Shown: in pieces, positions 23,571-34,529 of the stretch | How positions within the stretch are numbered: position 1 is the stretch's first letter | Layout: the number at the start of each line of letters is the position of its first letter | Source of the DNA: Camelus ferus | Taxonomy: Eukaryota | DNA: 64,000 bases | Reading direction: 5' to 3' | NCBI RefSeq assembly: GCF_009834535.1 | Contig: NC_045732.1 | Location: 77,872,001 to 77,936,000, forward strand | Notes under the pieces: generated by a model | The model's database searches: none | Seen by the model: only the letters and a program-made list of their open reading frames with translations | What the model was told of the DNA's origin: nothing | Made by a program: the position numbers and the translations under genes

Positions 23571-26500
23571 CTCCAGCAAGGGGCAGCAGTGAGCCGGCCA
23601 CAGTCTGCTCATCTGTAAAATGGGCCCAGAAGGCTGAGACGAGCTAGGTTGTGACAAGCCTCCAAATGGAGGGAGCCACAGTCAGTAATTCCATTGTTGG
23701 CATTGGGGCGACCCTTGAGGGCACAGAGCATCCTGTTTCTGGCCCCTCAGCCCTGAGAGTCAGGCCTCTGCCCAGATCAAGTGGATACCAGGAAGGGCAG
23801 GCCTCTGGCCACTGAGGCTCATTCCAGAGCCCTTTTCACCGGACAAAGGCAAGCAGGAGCGTCTGCGGTGCTAGCGGTTCACTAAGGGCTTCAGTGAGTG
23901 GCCCACGGTGGTGGGCAGTCAGGAAGGAAGGAGCCCTCTGCTTGGGCCTTTGGGGGAGACTCCATGAAAGAGCACAGACTTGGCGCAAGGGGAGAGCAGG
24001 CTCCTACCTTAGGAAGCCAGGCCCAAGGAAGTGGTTGCACACCGAGGCCCAGTTTTGCCTCGGTTCACACTCGTGCCCCAGTCCTGCTGTCTCTCTGTGG
24101 ACTCTGTGGCCAGCCAGAGGTACATTTCTCTGCTGGCCACCTTCTTTGGAGGCTGCTGGCCAGAGAGGGACCTACGTGGTACCAAGCGAGATGGGGCTGG
24201 GCTGGAGCCAGGAGGCCTCATGGGAAGCTGTTGGCAACATTTGAGGCCAAGACAGAGCAACATTGCTCAGTGAGGGACTAGGCCCCTCGGCCACTCTCCT
24301 CTCCCTCCTGTCACTCCTGGGTTTGGGTCTCCAGAGCTTCAATTTAAAGGCTGGGTATGAGAAACACCGAAGGCAGGTAGGACCCATGGCTCCAGGCCAC
24401 CGAGTGAGCTCTGCTTTCCTGTGGGAGATGTGCAGGGGCCAGAGATAGTGGGGAAATGGCCCCGTTTGGCTCCCTTAGCACTGGAAGAGCCTCTCACAGC
24501 CCCCACGGAACCTTCCACCAACCAAGGAAAGGAGAAATGTCTTTCCCATGATCACATCATAGTGAGTCCAGGGACAGATCTGTGACTAGAACCCAAGCCC
24601 CCACTTCCATGGTGGCCATCGCCGCTGCTCTCTCTCCGGGACAGGAGAACATCATGAAATCCAACATTGACAAGAAGTTCTCTGCACACTATGACGCCGT
24701 GGAGGCAGAGCTCAAGTCCAGCACCGTGGGTGAGCAGAATGCTAGTGGTACCCTCCCCTGGCCTGAGGCCTGCTGCTTGGCTGGCTCTGGGTGACCAACT
24801 CTCACCCCCATGTCTGCTCACTTCGCAGGTCTGGTGACCCTGAATGACATGAAGGCGAAGCAGCAGGCACTGGTGAAGGAGCGGGAGAAGCAGCTGGCCA
24901 AGAAGGAGCAGTCGAAGGAGCTGCAGCTGTGGGTTCTCTCCTCCCAGCCAGCAGCTGTCCACCCAAGATGTAGCTCCTGCTGAGATGGCGGGGATGGGGA
25001 TGGGACAGGCGGCTCCTGCACGTTGAAGGGGGGACCCTGTTTCATAATCAGAGCCCTGTCGATGAACTGGGAGTGCCCCAGGGCAGTAGGACTCCTCTGG
25101 CTCTGGGTCAGGGGAGGGGCCTCGGGGGTTGGGGTGTGCGTGATGGCCGTTTGTGCCTTGGCAGGAAGCTGGAGAAACTGCGAGAGAAGGAGCGCAAGAA
25201 GGAGGCCAAGCGGAAGATCTCCAGCCTGTCCTTTACACTGGAGGAAGAAGAGGAGGCAGGCGAGGAGGAGGAAGAGGTGGTCATGTATGAGGAGGAGCTG
25301 GAAAGGGAAGGTGAGTGCAGGCTTGGGGGACCAGGGAAGGGTCCTGCTGGCAGAGCTGTGTCCTGGATTCTGGCTTGAGAGTGAAGAAGGACATCTACCG
25401 CCCAGTGCCGATCGGCCGCTGCATTCGTGGTCTCAAACCTCCTGAGTCCGGACAGGAGAGAAAGGGAGACGTCTTCGCAGTGTGCAGAGCTGAGGGGGGG
25501 GGGCTTGCTCTCAGTGGCAGAGTGCGTCAGAACCCAGTATGCCGTCTCTGGGCAGGGGTGTGGGGTCTTCAGTGCAAGAGGATGCCAGACAGGCTGATGC
25601 CCGATCATGAAGGTTCTAGAAGCTGCTCTTCATTCGTGCCACAGAGGATGGACAGCGGAGAAGAGATGATCTAGACCAGGTTGGCCAGTAGAACTTTCCA
25701 GAATGATGGAAACGTTCATGTTTGGGTGGCCACTGAGCATGTTGCTTGTGTGACTAGGGCGCCAGACTGTTCATTCTGTTTGATTAATTTCAGTGGAAGT
25801 TGACACAACTGCAGAAATTAAGTGGCTATCAGTTGGACAGTGCAGGTCTTGCCCGATGGAACAAGGGGCACCAGGGACAACTCGGGAAGGCTGCTGAGCA
25901 AGGACAAAGCCGTCATGGGGCCCCTGTGTGCCGTGCACCTGCCTCCCAGCCGAGGCGGATGGCCAGAAGCCGGCCACTGTCCCTGTCCTCGTGGGAGTCA
26001 GACGGGTCAGCGTGTACCTTGCCGGTGCCCCAGGCCAGCCCAGGGCTCAGAGGAAGCGCCCCATGGGGGCGGGGGAGGACAGGGATGGGACAGGATGAGG
26101 GGAGTTTCATTAGAACCCAGAGAGATGAGGGGGTGGGGGAGTGTGTGCAGTCAAGAGATGAGCGTGCCCAGAAGCGGAGCAGGCAGGAGTGGACACACTT
26201 GAGAACTTGGGAGGGTGTGTTGCAGGCCTGGGCTGGTTTAGAAAGCCTGATGGCCAGGGAATGGTATGGAGAAGAACCGAGACAGGGGATGGCTGCATGG
26301 CTTGGGGACTGGCTGGCTGTCATAGCTTTGATGGCAACAGCCACTGCTGTCAGGAGGAAGTGCCTGCCAGCCTCCCAGGGGAAGCACCCGGGGCTCCCTT
26401 TAGTACTGTTTAGTAAAAGTGAGTATCTAGCAACATTTGGCATCTGAAACATCACCGTTGGCAGGTCAGTTGCGTTCAGCGGGAGCTGCACATGTCACTG

Positions 26501-29437
26501 GGGCGTTGTGAGCGCTTCCTCCCTTGGGAGCTTTGTTTTGGGGGCCCAACCATGGGTAGCTGGTGTGGGAGTTTTGTAAATTCTCTAGGCTCTGGAACCC
26601 CTGCCCTGGTGTGTGGGGGCATCTTCTAGGTCCGTGGTTCTCAAAGAGTGCTGCAGGGACCCCTGGGGGTCTCTGAGACCCTTTCAGGGGGGTCTGCAAG
26701 GTCAAAACTGTTTTCATAATCGTGCTAAGATACTCTCAGCCTGTCGCACTCTTATGTTTTCATGGCTGTGCGGTGGAGTTTTCCAGAGGCCAAGTGACGT
26801 GGCATGACGCCATCCCTCTGACAGCTGATGGAGTGGGTGCTCTCATTTTCTTGGGTCCTTGTTTGAGTGTCCAGGGTGCCAAGACCATCCAGTTGAAGAA
26901 TCACTGTTCTAGTTCATCTGCATCCTCACTGGGGAAACTGGCTCTGGCACTGGTGGCCATGGGACTTTGGGCTTCCATTTCTTCACCTGGTAAAAAGAAA
27001 TGTCGTTCCTTTTGGAGGTTGTTTTGAGGAGCAGATGAGACATCAGCTATGTGACCATGAGAGCACAGCTCCTGGCATGGAGGGGCCCCTCCCTGAGCAT
27101 CCACCCCTCTGTGGATGCCCTGCCCCTCAGTGCAAAGGGCCTTCTCTACATCAGACGCTGGTACTGAGGCCTTCCGTCCCCTGAGGCACTCCAGGTCATA
27201 GCTGATGGGAAGAACGAGGTACCCCGTCTCCTGTTCAGCTTTTGCTGGTGGAGACCAAGGTGAAGGCTCCTTGCCAAGGGTGCTTTTTATAAAGGTTTCC
27301 GTAGGTGCTATGAAGAAGACTGCGCAGGCCACTGTGGCTGGGAGCAGAGGGTGGTGCGTCCCAGCCAGGACTGTCCAAGAAGTGTCCAGGGTGGTTGCGT
27401 TTGAGCTGAGGCCTGAGTGACAAAGGTCCAGGGTGCCCCAGAAGAGCTGACTCCTGTGTTTCCTTTTGCTTCAGAAGTCACCACAAAGAAGAGGAAACTG
27501 GGGAAGAACCCAGATGTGGACACCAGCTTCCTGCCTGACCGAGACCGGGAGGTAAAGGCAGCCTGACCCTGTGCGGGGCAGAGGCCTTTGCTTAAGGAGC
27601 GGGGCCTGGCGTGTGCCCTCAGCAGCCCGGGGCCTCCCTCCGTTGCCCGATTTCCTCTTGCAGGAGGAGGAGAATCGGCTCCGGGAAGAGCTCCGGCAGG
27701 AGTGGGAAGCCAAGCAGGAGAAGATCAAGAGTGAGAGCTCCCTGGGTGGGATATGCGGGCCGGCGCTGGGGCGCCAGGTCAGCGGGAGGCCAGGGCTGGG
27801 GGCGGCTCAGGCTCTCCTGCCGCAGTCCTCTGGGCAGTGCTTTGAGCCCCAGGGAGCTGGCAGGGAGCAGGGACCCCTGGGTCTGTAGGCCAAGAGGCAG
27901 TTCTGTTTTGTAGGCGAGGAGATCGAAATCACTTTCAGTTACTGGGATGGCTCTGGACACCGGCGAACAGTCAAGGTAGGCGGTGTGGGGCCTGCACCCC
28001 ATTCTACATGCCTCTCGGGTGCAGCCTGCTTTGCATTCAGTGGGAAGGGACTTTCAATCCTGATAAAACCCGCAGGTCCCTTTGTGTGGGTGGCCCCTGG
28101 GGAGTCTGGGGAGAGCAGGGAAGAGGGCTCGGTCCCCTGTAGGGGTCATGAGGGTTCCGGGACCCCTGCAGGCCACTGCCTTCTTGAGAACCCTTCTCCA
28201 GGTTTCCATCTTCCCTTCCTGACTTCTTGGTTCCCTGCACACCTGTCCTCCGGCCGCTCTTGCAGATGAAAAAGGGCAACACAATGCAGCAGTTCCTGCA
28301 GAAGGCGCTGGAGATCCTGCGCAAAGACTTCAGTGAGCTCAGGTGGATGCCTGGGCGTGTCTGGGCGTGTCTGAGTGTGTGCACGGGGCCCTTGGCGGCT
28401 GCAGCTGTGGTCTCAGTCCTGGTGCCAGAGACCGCAGTGGTGGCTGCTGCTCATGGCATGCTGGGCGCTGGGCTCCTGCGAGGAAGGTCAGGCTCCCTTT
28501 CCATCCCTCTCACCATGGGGACCTCAGCTGGGAGCACCTGCCCCATTTCTCTAGCCCAGAGGTGGAGGACGGGGGCGCTAGCTCCGGGTGCACCGGACCT
28601 TGCAGGCAGCCTCACAGCATCTTTGTTCCACACCCTCCTGCCTTTCTCCTTCAGGTCAGCAGGAGTGGAGCAGCTCATGTACATCAAGGAGGACCTAATC
28701 ATACCCCACGTGAGTCCCTTCTCCTCCTGCAGCCCCGGGAGGGCAGGGTGGCAGCGGGAGGGTCACAGGCTTCGGCGTGCCTCAGAGCTTTGAGGGAGAG
28801 CCCCCACTTCGCTCTGGGTGGGTGGGCGGGCAGGAGAGGCTGAGACGGGTCATCAGTAGTCACTTTCCCACCTTTGGCCCCTAGCACCACAGCTTTTACG
28901 ACTTCATTGTCACCAAGGCACGAGGAAAGAGTGGTGAGTGCGCCTGGTGCAGCCCCCCCTTCCCCGAAACTGGCCCCCAGCCTCGCAGGGCAGAGGTATG
29001 AGGGTGGGCTGACCCTTTCTCCCCTGCAGGGCCTCTCTTTAACTTCGATGTTCACGACGATGTGCGGCTGCTCAGCGACGCCACAGTGGAGAAGGATGAG
29101 GTACTGTGGTGCGGGGGCGCCGGGCGGGTTGGGGAGGAGAAGGCAAGCCCCGGGTGGCCCTGAGCTGGGTGGCCCTGAGCCGCAGAGCCTGGCCCTTCTC
29201 CCTTCCCCAGTCGCACGCAGGCAAGGTGGTGCTGAGGAGCTGGTATGAGAAGAACAAGCACATTTTCCCCGCCAGCCGCTGGGAGCCCTACGACCCCGAG
29301 AAGAAGTGGGACAAGTACACGGTAAGGAAGCCCCTCGAGCTGCGGGCGGGAGGCAGCCTGGCCAGGGCTTGGCGCGCCGCCCGGAGAAGACCAGAGACGG
29401 AGACGACACCCCCTGCTCCTCCCCACAGATCCGGTGA
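23328..29437 (+). CDS. FAM50A: Protein FAM50A (XAP5), spliceosome-associated, 13 exons, 339 aa
   Basis: Exons 23328-23438, 24645-24729, 24829-24928, 25165-25310, 27475-27551, 27664-27730, 27914-27975, 28266-28342, 28655-28709, 28885-28933, 29030-29100, 29211-29321, 29429-29437. All introns are GT-AG (1020 nt). Starts [27 protein letters not shown] and ends [17 protein letters not shown]. Confidence 0.98.
25678..25845. mobile_element. hAT-Charlie non-autonomous DNA transposon (MER3-like)
   Basis: CCAGTAGAACTTTCCAGAATGATGGAAACGTTC...AGTGGCTATCAGTTGGACAGTGCAG resembles the MER3 ends. Confidence 0.6.
26629..26800. mobile_element. hAT-Charlie family DNA transposon fragment
   Basis: GTGGTTCTCAAAG...GGGACCCCTGGGGGTCTCTGAGACCCTTTCAGGGG...GGTCAAAACTGTTTTCATAAT...GGAGTTTTCCAGAGGC is typical of Charlie elements. 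Subfamily not assigned. Confidence 0.6.
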
Positions 29438-29617
29438 AGGTGGAGGTGCATGGTCCCCCTTTCCCCACGGCTCCAGGACTCCGGGCGCCTGGCCCTCTCT
29501 CTGAGACAGGACGGGCCGATCATCTGCTGCCCCGGTGCTGTCATTTACTGCTTTTTTCTTTTATGATAAAGAAACGTCCATGTCAGTTGGAGTACCTGCA
29601 CTGTTTCATTGAAAAAA

Positions 29618-29865
29618 TTTTTTTTACCGAGATAAAACTCGCATAATGTGAAATTCACCATTTTGACCACTGGCAAGTGTACCATTCAGGGTTATTTAGT
29701 ACATTCACACTGTTGTGAGTCACCCCAAAAGGAGCCCCCACATCTGTTAGCAGTACCCCCCAGCCCCTCGCACCCCCAGACTACTTTCTGTCTGGATGGA
29801 TTTGCCTGTTCTGGAAGTTTCACATAAATGGAATGATATGATGTTTCTGCTCTTTGTATCTTCCA
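29618..29865 (-). mobile_element. L1M 3' end, antisense, immediately downstream of the FAM50A 3' UTR
   Basis: T-run followed by GAGATAAAA...TTTAGTACATTCACACTGTTGTG...GATTTGCCTGTTCTGGAAGTTTCACATAAATGGAAT. Confidence 0.75.
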
Positions 29866-31197
29866 AGAAACTGTTTTTGGCAGGGGTGGGAGGGTGGAAG
29901 GGGACTGGATGGGAAACTGAGTCTGTGGAGGTAGGAGGGGGCATCTGCAAGGCAGCCGGTCCTCACAGGGGCGCGGGCACAGTGGTGCAGTTCATCACTG
30001 TGGGTAGGAGGGACATTCCTCCTCGGGCCTCCCTCCCGGGCCCCTGGGCTCCTTTTGTGTCTCCGAGCTGCCCGTTCCACAAGGGCCATGGCTGTCCTGT
30101 GGCTCCCAGCCACCCGATGTCCCCCACCACAGCATCTCTCCCCGGTGACGGCCCGGGAAGGCATGGTGGTTGCCCTGTACTCACTGCTTGCTCACCCCAC
30201 CTAGGCTGGCTCTGCTCACAGCCCCACATGGGGAATCTGGCCTGAGGGTGTGTGCCCCTGCCTCCTGCCCCCACCTCAGCAGTCAACTCCCCCAGTTCCC
30301 CTTGCCTGACACCTAGCTCAGGGGACAGGGGACAGGCCCTGGCTGGCGGGGTGCACCCTAGCTCTGAGTCTAGCCCCACCTCCCTAGCAAATGTGTAGAT
30401 TTGACGGTGGTGGGCCCTGCTGGGTACAGCAGCTCCTGTGCCCTCCTCCTCCAGTGGGCAGGGCCCTGTGTCCTGTTCACCTGGGGCCCAGGGAGGCCTG
30501 TGTGGCAGATAAGAGCTCTCACTCCAGCTCCCTCACCATGCATCTAGGGCAGGACCATTTGTGGTCATGTGGGAGAGGGGATGGGATGCCAGAGCGCCTG
30601 GGGCATAGCAGAGAGGGGTGGCCAAGCCTCACCTGAGGTCCTGGATGTTGGGGACAACTCTGAGGACCTCAATGGGGCCTTTTGTTGGGTTCCAGGAAAC
30701 CTGGAGAAGGGATCATCTGGCCTGTGCCAACCTCCTGCTGCCCTCTTTGAGAAGCCACCAAAGAGCAGGCTTCCTGGTGAAGGGAGCCCCTCAGGTGGCT
30801 CACCCAGTGGTGGACGATTTCTGGAAAACAAGCCCCTTGAAGCCCAATTGTGGGTCCTGGCAGGGAAGGGGCCTGGTGTTTAAAAGCAACCCTGAGTTGC
30901 TGGTAGGTCAGGCTGGGAGGAAGGGAGCCATTTCGCATCAGGGTCGAGGGGCTAGGGGACTGTCAGGGAAGAAGATCCACTTCCTTGTGGCCATTGAAGG
31001 GACAGAAAAGACACTCCTGGGGGGGGGGGGCCCAAGGGAGGAGCCTCTGATCCTAAGGAAGGGCTGTGGTGGGGCAGATGTTCTGCTTGGCTGCCAGCAC
31101 TGGGTGGTCTAGGGCATCCTGCCTCATGCCTAGAGGCCAGCACAGGCCAGAGCTTCTGCCAGGAGGGACTGTCTAGCGCTAGGGGCCCTCTCCTTGG

Positions 31198-31336
31198 TTT
31201 AGTTTTGCTACTTTATTTTGAAGGGGGAGGTAATTAGGTTTATTTATTTTATTATTTTTTAATGGAGGTACTGGGAATTGAACCCAGGACCTTGTGCATG
31301 CTAAGCACACACTCTACCAGAGCTATACCTCCCCCT
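31198..31336 (-). mobile_element. Camelid tRNA-derived SINE (Vic-1-like)
   Basis: Reverse-oriented copy with near-identical TSDs GGGG(A)CCCTCTCCTTGG at 31182-31197 and 31337-31353. Confidence 0.85.
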
Positions 31337-32094
31337 GGGGACCCTCTCCTTGGGACCTTGAATCCACATGAATGTGGAGTTTAGAGGAGAGGTTGGGTGG
31401 GTGCAGAGAAAAGGAGCTGTGGGGATGGGTATTATCTGATGCTCTAGGACTCCAGGAGGTCATCAGGTCAGTCAGTGGTCGCCAGTGTTTCTGGGGACCA
31501 GTGTACAGAGATGTGCACATGTGTGTCTATATGCATGTGTTCCCATCTGGGTGGGTGGGTGTGCATGAGTGTGGATGTAAATCACAAATAGAGAAACAAA
31601 AAATGTACAAGCCAGATGAAGAGGCCTTTTTTGCATGGTGACATTGAAGCCAACAGGAGTGACAAGAAGTCAGGCTTTCCAGAGTGGGGGAGGGTTGTTC
31701 CAGGCAGTGAGAATAGCAGGTGTGAAGACACTGGTGCACTCCTTGGAGGTGAACAGGGCTGAAACGGAGGGAAGGAGGAAGGAGGAGAGGAAAGGAGGAA
31801 GGTCAGAGGTAGTGCCTGGGTCACTGCATTTGTCACTTAGCAATACATCTAAATCTCCTACGTGTCTCTCCATATCTGTGCATGCAGAGCCCCCTCGTTT
31901 TCTTTAAGCCACAGAAAGAATTTTCCAGATATTGGCAAATTCCCCTCCCCAGTGCTCTCCCCCATTTGGCAGCCCCACCACCAGGTGAGAGAGTCCTGGC
32001 TCCCCTGCGCTATGCCCACAGGTACTACCGCCACTCACCATGCGGGGACATATGCAACCTGAGCTGGGACATGTGGTATCTCAGTGTGGGATTT

Positions 32095-33935
32095 TGTTTT
32101 TTATTTTTAATTTTTTTTCAACTGAGGAAAAATTGACGTAACATAAAAATAACCATTAACCATTTAAACATGCACATTTCAGTGGCATTTAGTACATTCA
32201 CAGTATTGTGCAACCAGCAGCTGTGTCTACTCCCAGAATATTTTTATCGCCTTAAAAGGAGATCCTGTACCCGTTAACTAGTCTCTCCTTATGACACCTA
32301 CCACCCCGCACCAGCTCATGGCAACCACTAATCTACTTTCTGTCTGCGTAGATTTACCTCCTCTGAAAATTTCATACAAGTGGTATTGTACAATTAAAGA
32401 ATACTTACACAGACAGAAAGACATTCCATGTTCATGGATCGGAAGACTCAATACTGTCAGGATGACTGCATTAGGTTTCTATTGCCATCTGACTAACAAA
32501 AACTCAGCAGTTTAAAGCAACACTCGTTTCCACCCGCAGACCCCAGATTATGGTCCCTAAAGACCATTTCCTACCAGTAAGACCCAGTGCCTCTTGGAGA
32601 TGTGGCTGGTCCCAGGCCAGGCCGGCAAGTGTACAGGATGAGCTGGGAGCACCCTGTCATATCAGACAGCAGGGATGCTGCCAAGATTGGGGCACCAGAA
32701 TTCTAGAATTCTGCCACGGGTGGAATGTAAAGTGGCTAGATGTGACTGAATATGATGCATGTTAAACAAAAACAAAAACCCAGCCTTTTCTGCTCTAGTG
32801 AAAAGCACCAAGAAATGGAATGTGAATAAATATTTCATTTGCAATGGCAACAAAAACTAGTAGATTGAAATAAACATGAGAGACACAGCGTCTATGTGAA
32901 AATAAAACAAAACAAAACATTTATCATCTGATGGTTTCTGTAGTTCAGAAGTCTGGGCATGATGTAACTAGGTCCTCTGCTCAGGATCTCATGAGGCTGC
33001 CATCAGGATCGGCTGGGCTGCCTTCTCATCTGAGGCTCAGGGTCCTCTCCCAAGCTTATGAGCTTCTTGGTAAAATTCAGGTTCCTTGTGACTGTAGGAC
33101 TGAGGTCCCTGTTTCCTCATTGGCTGTTGGCCAGGGAATGCTCTCACTTCCTAGAGGCCACCTGCTACCTGGTGCCCACCATACCTCCTTTCATGCTTCA
33201 AATCTCCCTCTTTAGGAAGGGTCTAGTCTCAGTTAAGAGCTCACCTGATTAGGGCAGTCTCACCCAGAGGCTCTCCCTTCTGATGAACTCAAAGTCAGCT
33301 GATTAGTAACTTAACTATGGGAGTGTGGTCCCATCATGTGCAGAGGTTCTGCTCTGCCTCAAAGGGAGAGGATGATATAGGTTTGTACGCTGGGAGGCAG
33401 GACACTTGGGGCCATCTTTGAATTCTGCCTCCAAATGGTAACACGCCCCAAAGTGATCTATGAATTCAATGCAAGCCCTACCACAAATCCCAGCATGCTT
33501 TTCTGTAGAAATTGATAAGAAGATCCTCAAAATATATAGACATCCAAAGGACCTAGAATATCCAAAACAATTTTGAAAAAGAACAAAGTTGGAGGGGGAG
33601 GGTATAAATTGGTGGTAGAGCGCATGCCTAACATGCTTGAGGTTCTGAGTTCAATCCCCAGTCCCTCCTCTAAAAATAAATAATTAAAAAAAACTAATTA
33701 CTTCCCTCTGAAAAAATAAAAAAGTGAAAAAACAACAAAGTTGGAGGGCTCACATTACCTGGTTTCAAAACTTACTATGAAGGTGCAGCAGTCAGGGCAG
33801 CGTGGTGCATGCACATGAACAGGTATAGAATTAGGAGTCCAGAAAAAAGTCTTTACATTTTTGGTGTTTAAGAAATGGTTTTGGAGCAGACAGATGTCTG
33901 TATGGATAAGATCAACTTTAACCCTGAGGTTAGGG
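32095..33935. mobile_element. Cluster of L1 fragments (both orientations) and a minus-strand MLT1E/F-like LTR (~32920-33433)
   Basis: Antisense L1M 3' end at 32095-32385. L1 ORF2 pieces at 32390-32460 and 33435-33935. LTR terminus GGGGCCATCTTTGAATTCTGCCTCCA. Confidence 0.65.
33597..33733 (+). mobile_element. Camelid tRNA-derived SINE nested in an L1 ORF2 remnant
   Basis: Perfect 15-bp TSD AACAAAGTTGGAGGG at 33582-33596 and 33734-33748. Confidence 0.88.
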
Positions 33936-34515
33936 GATGAATTGTGTCCCCTAGAAGGATATGTTGGAGTCCTGTCCTCCAGTACCTGTGAAAGTGACCT
34001 GATTTGGAGACAGTGTCTTTTTAGATGTAATCAAATCAAGATGAGATCAGGGGGAGGGTAAATCCCAGTGGCAGAGCATGTGCTTAGCATGTACAAGGTC
34101 CTGGGTTCAATCCCCAGTCCCTCCATTAAAAATAAATAAATAAACCTAATTACCTGCCCCCCCCACATTTTTTTAAAAAGAGAAAGAAACAAACAAACAA
34201 AAAAGATGAGATCATACTGGAGGAGCCTGGGCTCTGATCCAATATGACTGGTGTCCTTACAAGAAGAGGGGAGACAGACACAGGGACAAGGCCATGTGAC
34301 AACAGAGACTGGAGGGCTGTGTCTACAAGCCAAGGAAGACCAAGGAGTGCCAGCAACACCAGAAGCTGGAAGAGACAAGGGAAGTTACTCCCCTAGAGCC
34401 TGCAGAGGGAAGCATGGCCCTGCCCACCCCTTGATTTCTGACTTCTGCCCTCCAGAACTGAGAGAGAAGTTTTAGACACTCAGTGCATGGGACTTTGTTA
34501 CAGAAGCCACAGGAA
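33935..34515 (+). mobile_element. MaLR solo LTR (MLT1C/D-like), split by a SINE
   Basis: GAATTGTGTCCCCTAGAAGGATATGTTGGAGTCC...CCAATATGACTGGTGTCCTTAC...CTTGATTTCTGACTTCTGCCCTCCAGAACTGAGAG...GGACTTTGTTACAGAAGCCACAGGAAAC. Confidence 0.8.
34050..34202 (+). mobile_element. Camelid tRNA-derived SINE nested in an MLT1 LTR
   Basis: Perfect 12-bp TSD AAGATGAGATCA at 34038-34049 and 34203-34214. Confidence 0.88.
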
Positions 34516-34529
34516 ACTTACACACCTTC

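Noticed and set aside
24730-29029. In-frame retention of the length-3n FAM50A introns 2 (99 nt) and 10 (96 nt)
   Set aside because: Both contain in-frame TGA stops.
29152-29180. 15-bp tandem duplication GGGTGGCCCTGAGC in FAM50A intron 11 (and a similar 10-bp doublet in intron 8)
   Set aside because: Small slippage duplications are common and have no evident effect on the splice signals.
29322-29428. Orthologue of the human intronic MIR6858 in FAM50A
   Set aside because: I see no convincing hairpin or similarity to the human precursor as I recall it. Such recently annotated miRNAs are often lineage-specific.
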